A DNA stretch of 64,000 nucleotides from Mytilus trossulus (taxonomy: Eukaryota). Both the position numbers and the translations under genes were made by a program. Below the pieces are notes generated by a model. The model did not search any database. It was not told the origin of the DNA and saw only the letters and a program-made list of their open reading frames with translations. Shown one piece after another: positions 15,668-34,480 of the stretch. The stretch covers positions 33,852,001-33,916,000 of the forward strand of contig NC_086378.1 in assembly GCF_036588685.1 (NCBI RefSeq). The letters run 5' to 3'. Each line of letters opens with the position of its first letter. Position 1 is the stretch's first letter.

Positions 15668-15937
15668 CTATTTGGTTGATCGACACTGAGTAAAGTGATA
15701 CAATTTTTCTTCAAAATTTAGCTTATATACCCACTAAACGGATTGAACGATGTTTTTATTATACACCAATCAGAACGAAGCTCTCTGCGGGCAGTTAGGC
15801 TACCGAACATTCAACATGTTATGGGTGCTCTCTCCGAGGTTCGCGTTCAATAAAATCTTTCAATCCGTTTTGCCCAGTATATAAACAAATTGAAAATAAT
15901 TTTTCACCATTACTTATTTGATTATCAAACCAGTAAC

Positions 15938-16312
15938 ATGCCACCCAAAGTAGGAACTAAAGGAGCCAAGAAGGCCGTCACCAAGGCAAAGACTGCCAGA
16001 CCCGGCGGTGACAAGAAAAGGAGGAGGAAGAGACGTGAATCCTATGCTATCTACATCTACAAAGTCTTGAGACAAGTTCACCCCGACACCGGAGTGTCCT
16101 CAAAGGCAATGTCCATCATGAACAGCTTCGTCAACGATATCTTCGAGAGAATCGCAGCAGAGGCTTCCCGATTGGCACACTACAACAAAAGATCTACCAT
16201 CACATCTCGGGAGATCCAGACCGCTGTCCGTCTTCTCTTACCCGGAGAATTGGCCAAGCACGCTGTCAGTGAAGGTACCAAAGCCGTCACTAAATACACC
16301 AGCAGCAAGTAA
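15938..16312 (+). CDS. H2B: Histone H2B (copy 3)
   Basis: Protein identical to copy 1; start set at the MPPK ATG. Confidence 0.98.
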   Translation: MPPKVGTKGAKKAVTKAKTARPGGDKKRRRKRRESYAIYIYKVLRQVHPDTGVSSKAMSIMNSFVNDIFERIAAEASRLAHYNKRSTITSREIQTAVRLLLPGELAKHAVSEGTKAVTKYTSSK

Positions 16313-17181
16313 ACAGTCTGAAGTTTATAACTTCACAAACGGCCCTTTTCAGGGCCACCAACATTTTTCAAAAAGAATTTACAATTGTTGTACATCATGT
16401 CAAACTTCTAAACAAAGCTATAAATCCCAACCCCCAGCTATAACTACTTTCAAACTATTTCAATAGTATATGGTTACTTTTCTCTTCTTTCTATCTGTAT
16501 AACAAATATGTGTATTTCACTCATTCTGTAGTATTTAATTTGTCAAAACTACAAAGCGTAAATACATAAATCATGAAGAACAAAACAGTGCTTTCATTCC
16601 AATTAATAGAGTTGATAAATTTACGATTTCTTTTGCTTTTCGAGAGAGAAAAAAATATTGCGAGAATTATTTTACACGGAAACAAGAACATTACCTAATC
16701 TTAAACCACGCAAAAACTCTATAATTGAATATAACAGAATCTACAGATTTTGTGTGTAAAAGTCCGTGCATTTTGTTTTGAAATTTTCTCTCTTTATGTA
16801 GGCAAATGCACGGACTTGTTGATCTTTGAACGTATTCATAAACCTTCAGAAATATAAATTCTCAAATAAATACAAGAGTAAGAGTAAGGAAGTTAATTAA
16901 AAAGAAAGCCAGATATTTAAAAAAAAAAAGGGGGGGGGGGGGGGGGGGGGGGGTAATAGCGAGAGAGAGAGAGAGAGAGAGAGAAAATAGTTGCGGATCA
17001 GGATCAGGGAAAACAAGAAAACGGTTGAAAAATTCATGAACATTAGAGAAAAGAATAGAAGTGGGAGCAAGCTTTGATTTCAAGATTTTGTTTAAAACGA
17101 TGTACAACAAATCTAAGATTCTTTTTGAAAAATGTTGGTGGCCCTGAAAAGGGCCGTTGTTGATATTAGCTGGGTGGCTGT

Positions 17182-17499
<318 letters not shown>

Positions 17500-19091
17500 C
17501 TATTTGTGGTGATTAGTTAAATAATACTTTCCGTCTAACAGCGACTCTTTATATATCACCAACGCGGCCGTAAAAGAAGTATCACACATTTTCAGTTAAC
17601 TGTTGTCTGATTGGCTTACGTTGTTTTATTCCGGGAGGTAACTCTGTACTGCCTTAAACTGTGTACACTTTCAATCCACTTTTTCATTCTAGGTCTGAAA
17701 AATATAATAATTCATATCAGACAGTAAATTTTTAAGAAAAAACTATAATTGAACAGAAAAAAACTTTCAATCGGAATAAAAATGACTGCAGGAGACAAAA
17801 AAAGTTCCAAAATGTTGAAAAGTTTTCATTTTAAGATAGAAAAGTATGATAAATAAATGATAAATGAAAATCACTTTAGACAGTCAAAATTATAAAGATA
17901 ATTATTTGCTTTCTCTGAACAGACATTTTTATTCAATGTCAATACACATTTCAACTTAATGGAATGGAATTTAGTTGGGGAAAAAATAAACCTCACAGAC
18001 ATATCTAGGAATACTGGTTATCTATTTGTCTATTTCATGTACCCAGAAATTGGATACATCACAGGATTTTACATGCTTGCAGTTTTCTACCTGTCTTTCA
18101 TAACTCAACATCATCTGTCAAAGCTGTGCTTGCCATCCATCAAAGATCTGCTGCAGGTACTTCAGATCATAAATGAGAGAATGTATGAATAAAACTGTTA
18201 TTGTTATTACTATTAAAGAATATTTTTTTTAGGTATTACAGTGAAGAAAAGAGATGCCCCTGACTGCGGGTAAAACTTCTTATGTGTGCATCTTCCTTTC
18301 AATTTTATTTTTAAACGCCATTCTATATTTATCCACAGTATGACGATGACAATTTCATCAGCCAATCCAATAAAAATGTTAATGCGCACACATGTACTTA
18401 CTATTCTGAAGACATCTTTTAGCCAGAAAAGTTTATAATAAGTCTGAAAACTACTTTTTATCATATAAAAAAGCTTATAAGTGCAAGATATATGCTTACA
18501 TGGACTTCCTACAGTGAAATTTTGTGGGGACTACTTGGACCCGTACCGAAATTATATTAATTTAAATAGAAATTTCATGATTTTGTAAACTAGCAGCAAG
18601 ACAAGACTCTAAAGTGGACAAAATATATTACTACATACATGATAAAAAAATTCTTTACAATTCTGACTGAAAAAGAGCTCTAAATTTTTGATAAAAGTAC
18701 CCTGTAATATCAGCTTTTCTAAAAGAAATATACAAATTAATGATTTATACAAGATATTTAAACTCTAACTTAAAAAAAAAGGTTATATTTTGGCCAGTTG
18801 GTGGTTCTCTTTCTTTGGTCTAGACTACTGGTGTAAATAATACATCAAAAGAAGACAAGAAAAAACAAGCGAAGAAAAGAAAAGAACAGAAGTACAGATA
18901 GAAACATTCATATGTTGATCTTTTTTTATATAATGTACTATTTAATATTCTACACACAAGGACATACATGTACCATGATAAACAAACACCCCCCTTTTTT
19001 TTGTGATGAGACTTGCGTGTATATATATATCATAAAATTTATTTTTTGTCTATGTATTGCTTTGCATATAGATGGATTCAACAAGAAGAAA

Positions 19092-19131
<40 letters not shown>

Positions 19132-19250
19132 GGAAAAGAGGGGTTCAGCTATGTTTCTAATTTTCATGTACAACAATTTATAGATTCTTTTTGAAAAATA
19201 TTGGTGGCCCTGAAAAGGGCCGTTATGTTTTGGTGAAAAAATCACACTTC

Positions 19251-19766
<516 letters not shown>

Positions 19767-20944
19767 TCACCACTTACATAAAGCTGGCGTTGATTGGTCC
19801 GCATATCTTAAATCTGATTGGACTGATTTGTAAGGGACTTTGACAGTTTTCAATCCAGTTTTTACTGAAAAACTGCTCAACCCAAGCTGACAGTAAAAAT
19901 GCCCCCTTTTTTCATTCAAAATTACAGTTTCTGATCATCATCCCTCATTGCTCAACAATAGTAAATTAGTGTCACGGTTTCAATATGATAAATCTGAAGA
20001 AGAAAAAAATAATAATGAAAAAAGGTCAAAATACATGCAGAAACATTAAGGAAAGGAAAGAAAAATAAAACAGGAAAAAATAAAAATAAAATGCAGTTTG
20101 AACACTAACAAAGCGAAATAAGAAATGCAAAAACAGAAACAAATGGAATTACACATTCCCGACATGACATTGTACGGATCGGCTGAGTTTCTCTATTGTT
20201 GTATTATGTCATATTTATGTATATTTAATATAAAAAAAGAAGATGTGGTATGATTTTCATTTGGGCTGGGCACATTTGTCACATTGTCTGATTGTCGGTG
20301 TGCTTACATCGATTCCACATCTTTAATACACAAACAATAAATAAATAAAGACAGAAAGACAGAGAGAGATGCCGAAAAAAAATGGAAAAAGGAAAAGAAT
20401 GGAAAGTACATATCATATATAAAAGTGTTGACGAAAGAGATACTGTTAACAAAAACTATAAATAATTATAATAATTAAAAAACACACACCTTCTCATATG
20501 AATCTAAGCATGCTCGCATCAATAACCAAGAGAGAGAAAGAAGAGAGCAGACTAGTATTAAATATAAATGCTATCAGTGGTTTTTTTTTTCCCCCGACAA
20601 ACTTTTTATGATTTAACTGAGCTACTAGTGGGTTCAGAGTCAGAAATTACGACAATAAATGTTCTCATGAAGAAGACTGAAAAAGTTACTAGACTTAGTG
20701 TTATGCTATAAGAACTGTACTTAAATGGGATGCGTTAGAGAGAGAAGAAAAGAAGAATGACGGAAGAAGGGACATTTATATTTTAGACATTTTTTATTTG
20801 TTATGTAGTAGAATATATTTTTTTTAATTATGTATGGGGAATAAAGTATTACTAAGATGTACAACAATTTTAGACTCTTTTTGAAAAATATTGGTGGCCC
20901 TGAAAAGGGCCGTTGTTAAGTGAGTAATCTGATATATCCACTTT

Positions 20945-21328
<384 letters not shown>

Positions 21329-21598
21329 CTATTTGGTTGATCGACACTGAGTAAAGTGATACAATTTTTCTTCAAAATTTAGCTTATATACCCACTAAAC
21401 GGATTGAACGATGTTTTTATTATACACCAATCAGAACGAAGCTCTCTGCGGGCAGTTAGGCTACCGAACATTCAACATGTTATGGGTGCTCTCTCCGAGG
21501 TTCGCGTTCAATAAAATCTTTCAATCCGTTTTGCCCAGTATATAAACAAATTGAAAATAATTTTTCACCATTACTTATTTGATTATCAAACCAGTAAC

Positions 21599-21973
21599 AT
21601 GCCACCCAAAGTAGGAACTAAAGGAGCCAAGAAGGCCGTCACCAAGGCAAAGACTGCCAGACCCGGCGGTGACAAGAAAAGGAGGAGGAAGAGACGTGAA
21701 TCCTATGCTATCTACATCTACAAAGTCTTGAGACAAGTTCACCCCGACACCGGAGTGTCCTCAAAGGCAATGTCCATCATGAACAGCTTCGTCAACGATA
21801 TCTTCGAGAGAATCGCAGCAGAGGCTTCCCGATTGGCACACTACAACAAAAGATCTACCATCACATCTCGGGAGATCCAGACCGCTGTCCGTCTTCTCTT
21901 ACCCGGAGAATTGGCCAAGCACGCTGTCAGTGAAGGTACCAAAGCCGTCACTAAATACACCAGCAGCAAGTAA
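21599..21973 (+). CDS. H2B: Histone H2B (copy 4)
   Basis: Protein identical to copy 1; start set at the MPPK ATG. Confidence 0.98.
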   Translation: MPPKVGTKGAKKAVTKAKTARPGGDKKRRRKRRESYAIYIYKVLRQVHPDTGVSSKAMSIMNSFVNDIFERIAAEASRLAHYNKRSTITSREIQTAVRLLLPGELAKHAVSEGTKAVTKYTSSK

Positions 21974-22842
21974 ACAGTCTGAAGTTTATAACTTCACAAA
22001 CGGCCCTTTTCAGGGCCACCAACATTTTTCAAAAAGAATTTACAATTGTTGTACATCATGTCAAACTTCTAAACAAAGCTATAAATCCCAACCCCCAGCT
22101 ATAACTACTTTCAAACTATTTCAATAGTATATGGTTACTTTTCTCTTCTTTCTATCTGTATAACAAATATGTGTATTTCACTCATTCTGTAGTATTTAAT
22201 TTGTCAAAACTACAAAGCGTAAATACATAAATCATGAAGAACAAAACAGTGCTTTCATTCCAATTAATAGAGTTGATAAATTTACGATTTCTTTTGCTTT
22301 TCGAGAGAGAAAAAAATATTGCGAGAATTATTTTACACGGAAACAAGAACATTACCTAATCTTAAACCACGCAAAAACTCTATAATTGAATATAACAGAA
22401 TCTACAGATTTTGTGTGTAAAAGTCCGTGCATTTTGTTTTGAAATTTTCTCTCTTTATGTAGGCAAATGCACGGACTTGTTGATCTTTGAACGTATTCAT
22501 AAACCTTCAGAAATATAAATTCTCAAATAAATACAAGAGTAAGAGTAAGGAAGTTAATTAAAAAGAAAGCCAGATATTTAAAAAAAAAAAGGGGGGGGGG
22601 GGGGGGGGGGGGGGTAATAGCGAGAGAGAGAGAGAGAGAGAGAGAAAATAGTTGCGGATCAGGATCAGGGAAAACAAGAAAACGGTTGAAAAATTCATGA
22701 ACATTAGAGAAAAGAATAGAAGTGGGAGCAAGCTTTGATTTCAAGATTTTGTTTAAAACGATGTACAACAAATCTAAGATTCTTTTTGAAAAATGTTGGT
22801 GGCCCTGAAAAGGGCCGTTGTTGATATTAGCTGGGTGGCTGT

Positions 22843-23160
<318 letters not shown>

Positions 23161-24752
23161 CTATTTGTGGTGATTAGTTAAATAATACTTTCCGTCTAAC
23201 AGCGACTCTTTATATATCACCAACGCGGCCGTAAAAGAAGTATCACACATTTTCAGTTAACTGTTGTCTGATTGGCTTACGTTGTTTTATTCCGGGAGGT
23301 AACTCTGTACTGCCTTAAACTGTGTACACTTTCAATCCACTTTTTCATTCTAGGTCTGAAAAATATAATAATTCATATCAGACAGTAAATTTTTAAGAAA
23401 AAACTATAATTGAACAGAAAAAAACTTTCAATCGGAATAAAAATGACTGCAGGAGACAAAAAAAGTTCCAAAATGTTGAAAAGTTTTCATTTTAAGATAG
23501 AAAAGTATGATAAATAAATGATAAATGAAAATCACTTTAGACAGTCAAAATTATAAAGATAATTATTTGCTTTCTCTGAACAGACATTTTTATTCAATGT
23601 CAATACACATTTCAACTTAATGGAATGGAATTTAGTTGGGGAAAAAATAAACCTCACAGACATATCTAGGAATACTGGTTATCTATTTGTCTATTTCATG
23701 TACCCAGAAATTGGATACATCACAGGATTTTACATGCTTGCAGTTTTCTACCTGTCTTTCATAACTCAACATCATCTGTCAAAGCTGTGCTTGCCATCCA
23801 TCAAAGATCTGCTGCAGGTACTTCAGATCATAAATGAGAGAATGTATGAATAAAACTGTTATTGTTATTACTATTAAAGAATATTTTTTTTAGGTATTAC
23901 AGTGAAGAAAAGAGATGCCCCTGACTGCGGGTAAAACTTCTTATGTGTGCATCTTCCTTTCAATTTTATTTTTAAACGCCATTCTATATTTATCCACAGT
24001 ATGACGATGACAATTTCATCAGCCAATCCAATAAAAATGTTAATGCGCACACATGTACTTACTATTCTGAAGACATCTTTTAGCCAGAAAAGTTTATAAT
24101 AAGTCTGAAAACTACTTTTTATCATATAAAAAAGCTTATAAGTGCAAGATATATGCTTACATGGACTTCCTACAGTGAAATTTTGTGGGGACTACTTGGA
24201 CCCGTACCGAAATTATATTAATTTAAATAGAAATTTCATGATTTTGTAAACTAGCAGCAAGACAAGACTCTAAAGTGGACAAAATATATTACTACATACA
24301 TGATAAAAAAATTCTTTACAATTCTGACTGAAAAAGAGCTCTAAATTTTTGATAAAAGTACCCTGTAATATCAGCTTTTCTAAAAGAAATATACAAATTA
24401 ATGATTTATACAAGATATTTAAACTCTAACTTAAAAAAAAAGGTTATATTTTGGCCAGTTGGTGGTTCTCTTTCTTTGGTCTAGACTACTGGTGTAAATA
24501 ATACATCAAAAGAAGACAAGAAAAAACAAGCGAAGAAAAGAAAAGAACAGAAGTACAGATAGAAACATTCATATGTTGATCTTTTTTTATATAATGTACT
24601 ATTTAATATTCTACACACAAGGACATACATGTACCATGATAAACAAACACCCCCCTTTTTTTTGTGATGAGACTTGCGTGTATATATATATCATAAAATT
24701 TATTTTTTGTCTATGTATTGCTTTGCATATAGATGGATTCAACAAGAAGAAA

Positions 24753-24792
<40 letters not shown>

Positions 24793-24911
24793 GGAAAAGA
24801 GGGGTTCAGCTATGTTTCTAATTTTCATGTACAACAATTTATAGATTCTTTTTGAAAAATATTGGTGGCCCTGAAAAGGGCCGTTATGTTTTGGTGAAAA
24901 AATCACACTTC

Positions 24912-25427
<516 letters not shown>

Positions 25428-26605
25428 TCACCACTTACATAAAGCTGGCGTTGATTGGTCCGCATATCTTAAATCTGATTGGACTGATTTGTAAGGGACT
25501 TTGACAGTTTTCAATCCAGTTTTTACTGAAAAACTGCTCAACCCAAGCTGACAGTAAAAATGCCCCCTTTTTTCATTCAAAATTACAGTTTCTGATCATC
25601 ATCCCTCATTGCTCAACAATAGTAAATTAGTGTCACGGTTTCAATATGATAAATCTGAAGAAGAAAAAAATAATAATGAAAAAAGGTCAAAATACATGCA
25701 GAAACATTAAGGAAAGGAAAGAAAAATAAAACAGGAAAAAATAAAAATAAAATGCAGTTTGAACACTAACAAAGCGAAATAAGAAATGCAAAAACAGAAA
25801 CAAATGGAATTACACATTCCCGACATGACATTGTACGGATCGGCTGAGTTTCTCTATTGTTGTATTATGTCATATTTATGTATATTTAATATAAAAAAAG
25901 AAGATGTGGTATGATTTTCATTTGGGCTGGGCACATTTGTCACATTGTCTGATTGTCGGTGTGCTTACATCGATTCCACATCTTTAATACACAAACAATA
26001 AATAAATAAAGACAGAAAGACAGAGAGAGATGCCGAAAAAAAATGGAAAAAGGAAAAGAATGGAAAGTACATATCATATATAAAAGTGTTGACGAAAGAG
26101 ATACTGTTAACAAAAACTATAAATAATTATAATAATTAAAAAACACACACCTTCTCATATGAATCTAAGCATGCTCGCATCAATAACCAAGAGAGAGAAA
26201 GAAGAGAGCAGACTAGTATTAAATATAAATGCTATCAGTGGTTTTTTTTTTCCCCCGACAAACTTTTTATGATTTAACTGAGCTACTAGTGGGTTCAGAG
26301 TCAGAAATTACGACAATAAATGTTCTCATGAAGAAGACTGAAAAAGTTACTAGACTTAGTGTTATGCTATAAGAACTGTACTTAAATGGGATGCGTTAGA
26401 GAGAGAAGAAAAGAAGAATGACGGAAGAAGGGACATTTATATTTTAGACATTTTTTATTTGTTATGTAGTAGAATATATTTTTTTTAATTATGTATGGGG
26501 AATAAAGTATTACTAAGATGTACAACAATTTTAGACTCTTTTTGAAAAATATTGGTGGCCCTGAAAAGGGCCGTTGTTAAGTGAGTAATCTGATATATCC
26601 ACTTT

Positions 26606-26989
<384 letters not shown>

Positions 26990-27259
26990 CTATTTGGTTG
27001 ATCGACACTGAGTAAAGTGATACAATTTTTCTTCAAAATTTAGCTTATATACCCACTAAACGGATTGAACGATGTTTTTATTATACACCAATCAGAACGA
27101 AGCTCTCTGCGGGCAGTTAGGCTACCGAACATTCAACATGTTATGGGTGCTCTCTCCGAGGTTCGCGTTCAATAAAATCTTTCAATCCGTTTTGCCCAGT
27201 ATATAAACAAATTGAAAATAATTTTTCACCATTACTTATTTGATTATCAAACCAGTAAC

Positions 27260-27634
27260 ATGCCACCCAAAGTAGGAACTAAAGGAGCCAAGAAGGCCGT
27301 CACCAAGGCAAAGACTGCCAGACCCGGCGGTGACAAGAAAAGGAGGAGGAAGAGACGTGAATCCTATGCTATCTACATCTACAAAGTCTTGAGACAAGTT
27401 CACCCCGACACCGGAGTGTCCTCAAAGGCAATGTCCATCATGAACAGCTTCGTCAACGATATCTTCGAGAGAATCGCAGCAGAGGCTTCCCGATTGGCAC
27501 ACTACAACAAAAGATCTACCATCACATCTCGGGAGATCCAGACCGCTGTCCGTCTTCTCTTACCCGGAGAATTGGCCAAGCACGCTGTCAGTGAAGGTAC
27601 CAAAGCCGTCACTAAATACACCAGCAGCAAGTAA
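27260..27634 (+). CDS. H2B: Histone H2B (copy 5)
   Basis: Protein identical to copy 1; start set at the MPPK ATG. Confidence 0.98.
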   Translation: MPPKVGTKGAKKAVTKAKTARPGGDKKRRRKRRESYAIYIYKVLRQVHPDTGVSSKAMSIMNSFVNDIFERIAAEASRLAHYNKRSTITSREIQTAVRLLLPGELAKHAVSEGTKAVTKYTSSK

Positions 27635-28503
27635 ACAGTCTGAAGTTTATAACTTCACAAACGGCCCTTTTCAGGGCCACCAACATTTTTCAAAAAGAAT
27701 TTACAATTGTTGTACATCATGTCAAACTTCTAAACAAAGCTATAAATCCCAACCCCCAGCTATAACTACTTTCAAACTATTTCAATAGTATATGGTTACT
27801 TTTCTCTTCTTTCTATCTGTATAACAAATATGTGTATTTCACTCATTCTGTAGTATTTAATTTGTCAAAACTACAAAGCGTAAATACATAAATCATGAAG
27901 AACAAAACAGTGCTTTCATTCCAATTAATAGAGTTGATAAATTTACGATTTCTTTTGCTTTTCGAGAGAGAAAAAAATATTGCGAGAATTATTTTACACG
28001 GAAACAAGAACATTACCTAATCTTAAACCACGCAAAAACTCTATAATTGAATATAACAGAATCTACAGATTTTGTGTGTAAAAGTCCGTGCATTTTGTTT
28101 TGAAATTTTCTCTCTTTATGTAGGCAAATGCACGGACTTGTTGATCTTTGAACGTATTCATAAACCTTCAGAAATATAAATTCTCAAATAAATACAAGAG
28201 TAAGAGTAAGGAAGTTAATTAAAAAGAAAGCCAGATATTTAAAAAAAAAAAGGGGGGGGGGGGGGGGGGGGGGGGTAATAGCGAGAGAGAGAGAGAGAGA
28301 GAGAGAAAATAGTTGCGGATCAGGATCAGGGAAAACAAGAAAACGGTTGAAAAATTCATGAACATTAGAGAAAAGAATAGAAGTGGGAGCAAGCTTTGAT
28401 TTCAAGATTTTGTTTAAAACGATGTACAACAAATCTAAGATTCTTTTTGAAAAATGTTGGTGGCCCTGAAAAGGGCCGTTGTTGATATTAGCTGGGTGGC
28501 TGT

Positions 28504-28821
<318 letters not shown>

Positions 28822-30413
28822 CTATTTGTGGTGATTAGTTAAATAATACTTTCCGTCTAACAGCGACTCTTTATATATCACCAACGCGGCCGTAAAAGAA
28901 GTATCACACATTTTCAGTTAACTGTTGTCTGATTGGCTTACGTTGTTTTATTCCGGGAGGTAACTCTGTACTGCCTTAAACTGTGTACACTTTCAATCCA
29001 CTTTTTCATTCTAGGTCTGAAAAATATAATAATTCATATCAGACAGTAAATTTTTAAGAAAAAACTATAATTGAACAGAAAAAAACTTTCAATCGGAATA
29101 AAAATGACTGCAGGAGACAAAAAAAGTTCCAAAATGTTGAAAAGTTTTCATTTTAAGATAGAAAAGTATGATAAATAAATGATAAATGAAAATCACTTTA
29201 GACAGTCAAAATTATAAAGATAATTATTTGCTTTCTCTGAACAGACATTTTTATTCAATGTCAATACACATTTCAACTTAATGGAATGGAATTTAGTTGG
29301 GGAAAAAATAAACCTCACAGACATATCTAGGAATACTGGTTATCTATTTGTCTATTTCATGTACCCAGAAATTGGATACATCACAGGATTTTACATGCTT
29401 GCAGTTTTCTACCTGTCTTTCATAACTCAACATCATCTGTCAAAGCTGTGCTTGCCATCCATCAAAGATCTGCTGCAGGTACTTCAGATCATAAATGAGA
29501 GAATGTATGAATAAAACTGTTATTGTTATTACTATTAAAGAATATTTTTTTTAGGTATTACAGTGAAGAAAAGAGATGCCCCTGACTGCGGGTAAAACTT
29601 CTTATGTGTGCATCTTCCTTTCAATTTTATTTTTAAACGCCATTCTATATTTATCCACAGTATGACGATGACAATTTCATCAGCCAATCCAATAAAAATG
29701 TTAATGCGCACACATGTACTTACTATTCTGAAGACATCTTTTAGCCAGAAAAGTTTATAATAAGTCTGAAAACTACTTTTTATCATATAAAAAAGCTTAT
29801 AAGTGCAAGATATATGCTTACATGGACTTCCTACAGTGAAATTTTGTGGGGACTACTTGGACCCGTACCGAAATTATATTAATTTAAATAGAAATTTCAT
29901 GATTTTGTAAACTAGCAGCAAGACAAGACTCTAAAGTGGACAAAATATATTACTACATACATGATAAAAAAATTCTTTACAATTCTGACTGAAAAAGAGC
30001 TCTAAATTTTTGATAAAAGTACCCTGTAATATCAGCTTTTCTAAAAGAAATATACAAATTAATGATTTATACAAGATATTTAAACTCTAACTTAAAAAAA
30101 AAGGTTATATTTTGGCCAGTTGGTGGTTCTCTTTCTTTGGTCTAGACTACTGGTGTAAATAATACATCAAAAGAAGACAAGAAAAAACAAGCGAAGAAAA
30201 GAAAAGAACAGAAGTACAGATAGAAACATTCATATGTTGATCTTTTTTTATATAATGTACTATTTAATATTCTACACACAAGGACATACATGTACCATGA
30301 TAAACAAACACCCCCCTTTTTTTTGTGATGAGACTTGCGTGTATATATATATCATAAAATTTATTTTTTGTCTATGTATTGCTTTGCATATAGATGGATT
30401 CAACAAGAAGAAA

Positions 30414-30451
<38 letters not shown>

Positions 30452-30570
30452 GGAAAAGAGGGGTTCAGCTATGTTTCTAATTTTCATGTACAACAATTTA
30501 TAGATTCTTTTTGAAAAATATTGGTGGCCCTGAAAAGGGCCGTTATGTTTTGGTGAAAAAATCACACTTC

Positions 30571-31086
<516 letters not shown>

Positions 31087-32264
31087 TCACCACTTACATA
31101 AAGCTGGCGTTGATTGGTCCGCATATCTTAAATCTGATTGGACTGATTTGTAAGGGACTTTGACAGTTTTCAATCCAGTTTTTACTGAAAAACTGCTCAA
31201 CCCAAGCTGACAGTAAAAATGCCCCCTTTTTTCATTCAAAATTACAGTTTCTGATCATCATCCCTCATTGCTCAACAATAGTAAATTAGTGTCACGGTTT
31301 CAATATGATAAATCTGAAGAAGAAAAAAATAATAATGAAAAAAGGTCAAAATACATGCAGAAACATTAAGGAAAGGAAAGAAAAATAAAACAGGAAAAAA
31401 TAAAAATAAAATGCAGTTTGAACACTAACAAAGCGAAATAAGAAATGCAAAAACAGAAACAAATGGAATTACACATTCCCGACATGACATTGTACGGATC
31501 GGCTGAGTTTCTCTATTGTTGTATTATGTCATATTTATGTATATTTAATATAAAAAAAGAAGATGTGGTATGATTTTCATTTGGGCTGGGCACATTTGTC
31601 ACATTGTCTGATTGTCGGTGTGCTTACATCGATTCCACATCTTTAATACACAAACAATAAATAAATAAAGACAGAAAGACAGAGAGAGATGCCGAAAAAA
31701 AATGGAAAAAGGAAAAGAATGGAAAGTACATATCATATATAAAAGTGTTGACGAAAGAGATACTGTTAACAAAAACTATAAATAATTATAATAATTAAAA
31801 AACACACACCTTCTCATATGAATCTAAGCATGCTCGCATCAATAACCAAGAGAGAGAAAGAAGAGAGCAGACTAGTATTAAATATAAATGCTATCAGTGG
31901 TTTTTTTTTTCCCCCGACAAACTTTTTATGATTTAACTGAGCTACTAGTGGGTTCAGAGTCAGAAATTACGACAATAAATGTTCTCATGAAGAAGACTGA
32001 AAAAGTTACTAGACTTAGTGTTATGCTATAAGAACTGTACTTAAATGGGATGCGTTAGAGAGAGAAGAAAAGAAGAATGACGGAAGAAGGGACATTTATA
32101 TTTTAGACATTTTTTATTTGTTATGTAGTAGAATATATTTTTTTTAATTATGTATGGGGAATAAAGTATTACTAAGATGTACAACAATTTTAGACTCTTT
32201 TTGAAAAATATTGGTGGCCCTGAAAAGGGCCGTTGTTAAGTGAGTAATCTGATATATCCACTTT

Positions 32265-32648
<384 letters not shown>

Positions 32649-32918
32649 CTATTTGGTTGATCGACACTGAGTAAAGTGATACAATTTTTCTTCAAAATTT
32701 AGCTTATATACCCACTAAACGGATTGAACGATGTTTTTATTATACACCAATCAGAACGAAGCTCTCTGCGGGCAGTTAGGCTACCGAACATTCAACATGT
32801 TATGGGTGCTCTCTCCGAGGTTCGCGTTCAATAAAATCTTTCAATCCGTTTTGCCCAGTATATAAACAAATTGAAAATAATTTTTCACCATTACTTATTT
32901 GATTATCAAACCAGTAAC

Positions 32919-33293
32919 ATGCCACCCAAAGTAGGAACTAAAGGAGCCAAGAAGGCCGTCACCAAGGCAAAGACTGCCAGACCCGGCGGTGACAAGAAAA
33001 GGAGGAGGAAGAGACGTGAATCCTATGCTATCTACATCTACAAAGTCTTGAGACAAGTTCACCCCGACACCGGAGTGTCCTCAAAGGCAATGTCCATCAT
33101 GAACAGCTTCGTCAACGATATCTTCGAGAGAATCGCAGCAGAGGCTTCCCGATTGGCACACTACAACAAAAGATCTACCATCACATCTCGGGAGATCCAG
33201 ACCGCTGTCCGTCTTCTCTTACCCGGAGAATTGGCCAAGCACGCTGTCAGTGAAGGTACCAAAGCCGTCACTAAATACACCAGCAGCAAGTAA
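32919..33293 (+). CDS. H2B: Histone H2B (copy 6)
   Basis: Protein identical to copy 1; start set at the MPPK ATG. Confidence 0.98.
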   Translation: MPPKVGTKGAKKAVTKAKTARPGGDKKRRRKRRESYAIYIYKVLRQVHPDTGVSSKAMSIMNSFVNDIFERIAAEASRLAHYNKRSTITSREIQTAVRLLLPGELAKHAVSEGTKAVTKYTSSK

Positions 33294-34162
33294 ACAGTCT
33301 GAAGTTTATAACTTCACAAACGGCCCTTTTCAGGGCCACCAACATTTTTCAAAAAGAATTTACAATTGTTGTACATCATGTCAAACTTCTAAACAAAGCT
33401 ATAAATCCCAACCCCCAGCTATAACTACTTTCAAACTATTTCAATAGTATATGGTTACTTTTCTCTTCTTTCTATCTGTATAACAAATATGTGTATTTCA
33501 CTCATTCTGTAGTATTTAATTTGTCAAAACTACAAAGCGTAAATACATAAATCATGAAGAACAAAACAGTGCTTTCATTCCAATTAATAGAGTTGATAAA
33601 TTTACGATTTCTTTTGCTTTTCGAGAGAGAAAAAAATATTGCGAGAATTATTTTACACGGAAACAAGAACATTACCTAATCTTAAACCACGCAAAAACTC
33701 TATAATTGAATATAACAGAATCTACAGATTTTGTGTGTAAAAGTCCGTGCATTTTGTTTTGAAATTTTCTCTCTTTATGTAGGCAAATGCACGGACTTGT
33801 TGATCTTTGAACGTATTCATAAACCTTCAGAAATATAAATTCTCAAATAAATACAAGAGTAAGAGTAAGGAAGTTAATTAAAAAGAAAGCCAGATATTTA
33901 AAAAAAAAAAGGGGGGGGGGGGGGGGGGGGGGGGTAATAGCGAGAGAGAGAGAGAGAGAGAGAGAAAATAGTTGCGGATCAGGATCAGGGAAAACAAGAA
34001 AACGGTTGAAAAATTCATGAACATTAGAGAAAAGAATAGAAGTGGGAGCAAGCTTTGATTTCAAGATTTTGTTTAAAACGATGTACAACAAATCTAAGAT
34101 TCTTTTTGAAAAATGTTGGTGGCCCTGAAAAGGGCCGTTGTTGATATTAGCTGGGTGGCTGT

Positions 34163-34480
<318 letters not shown>
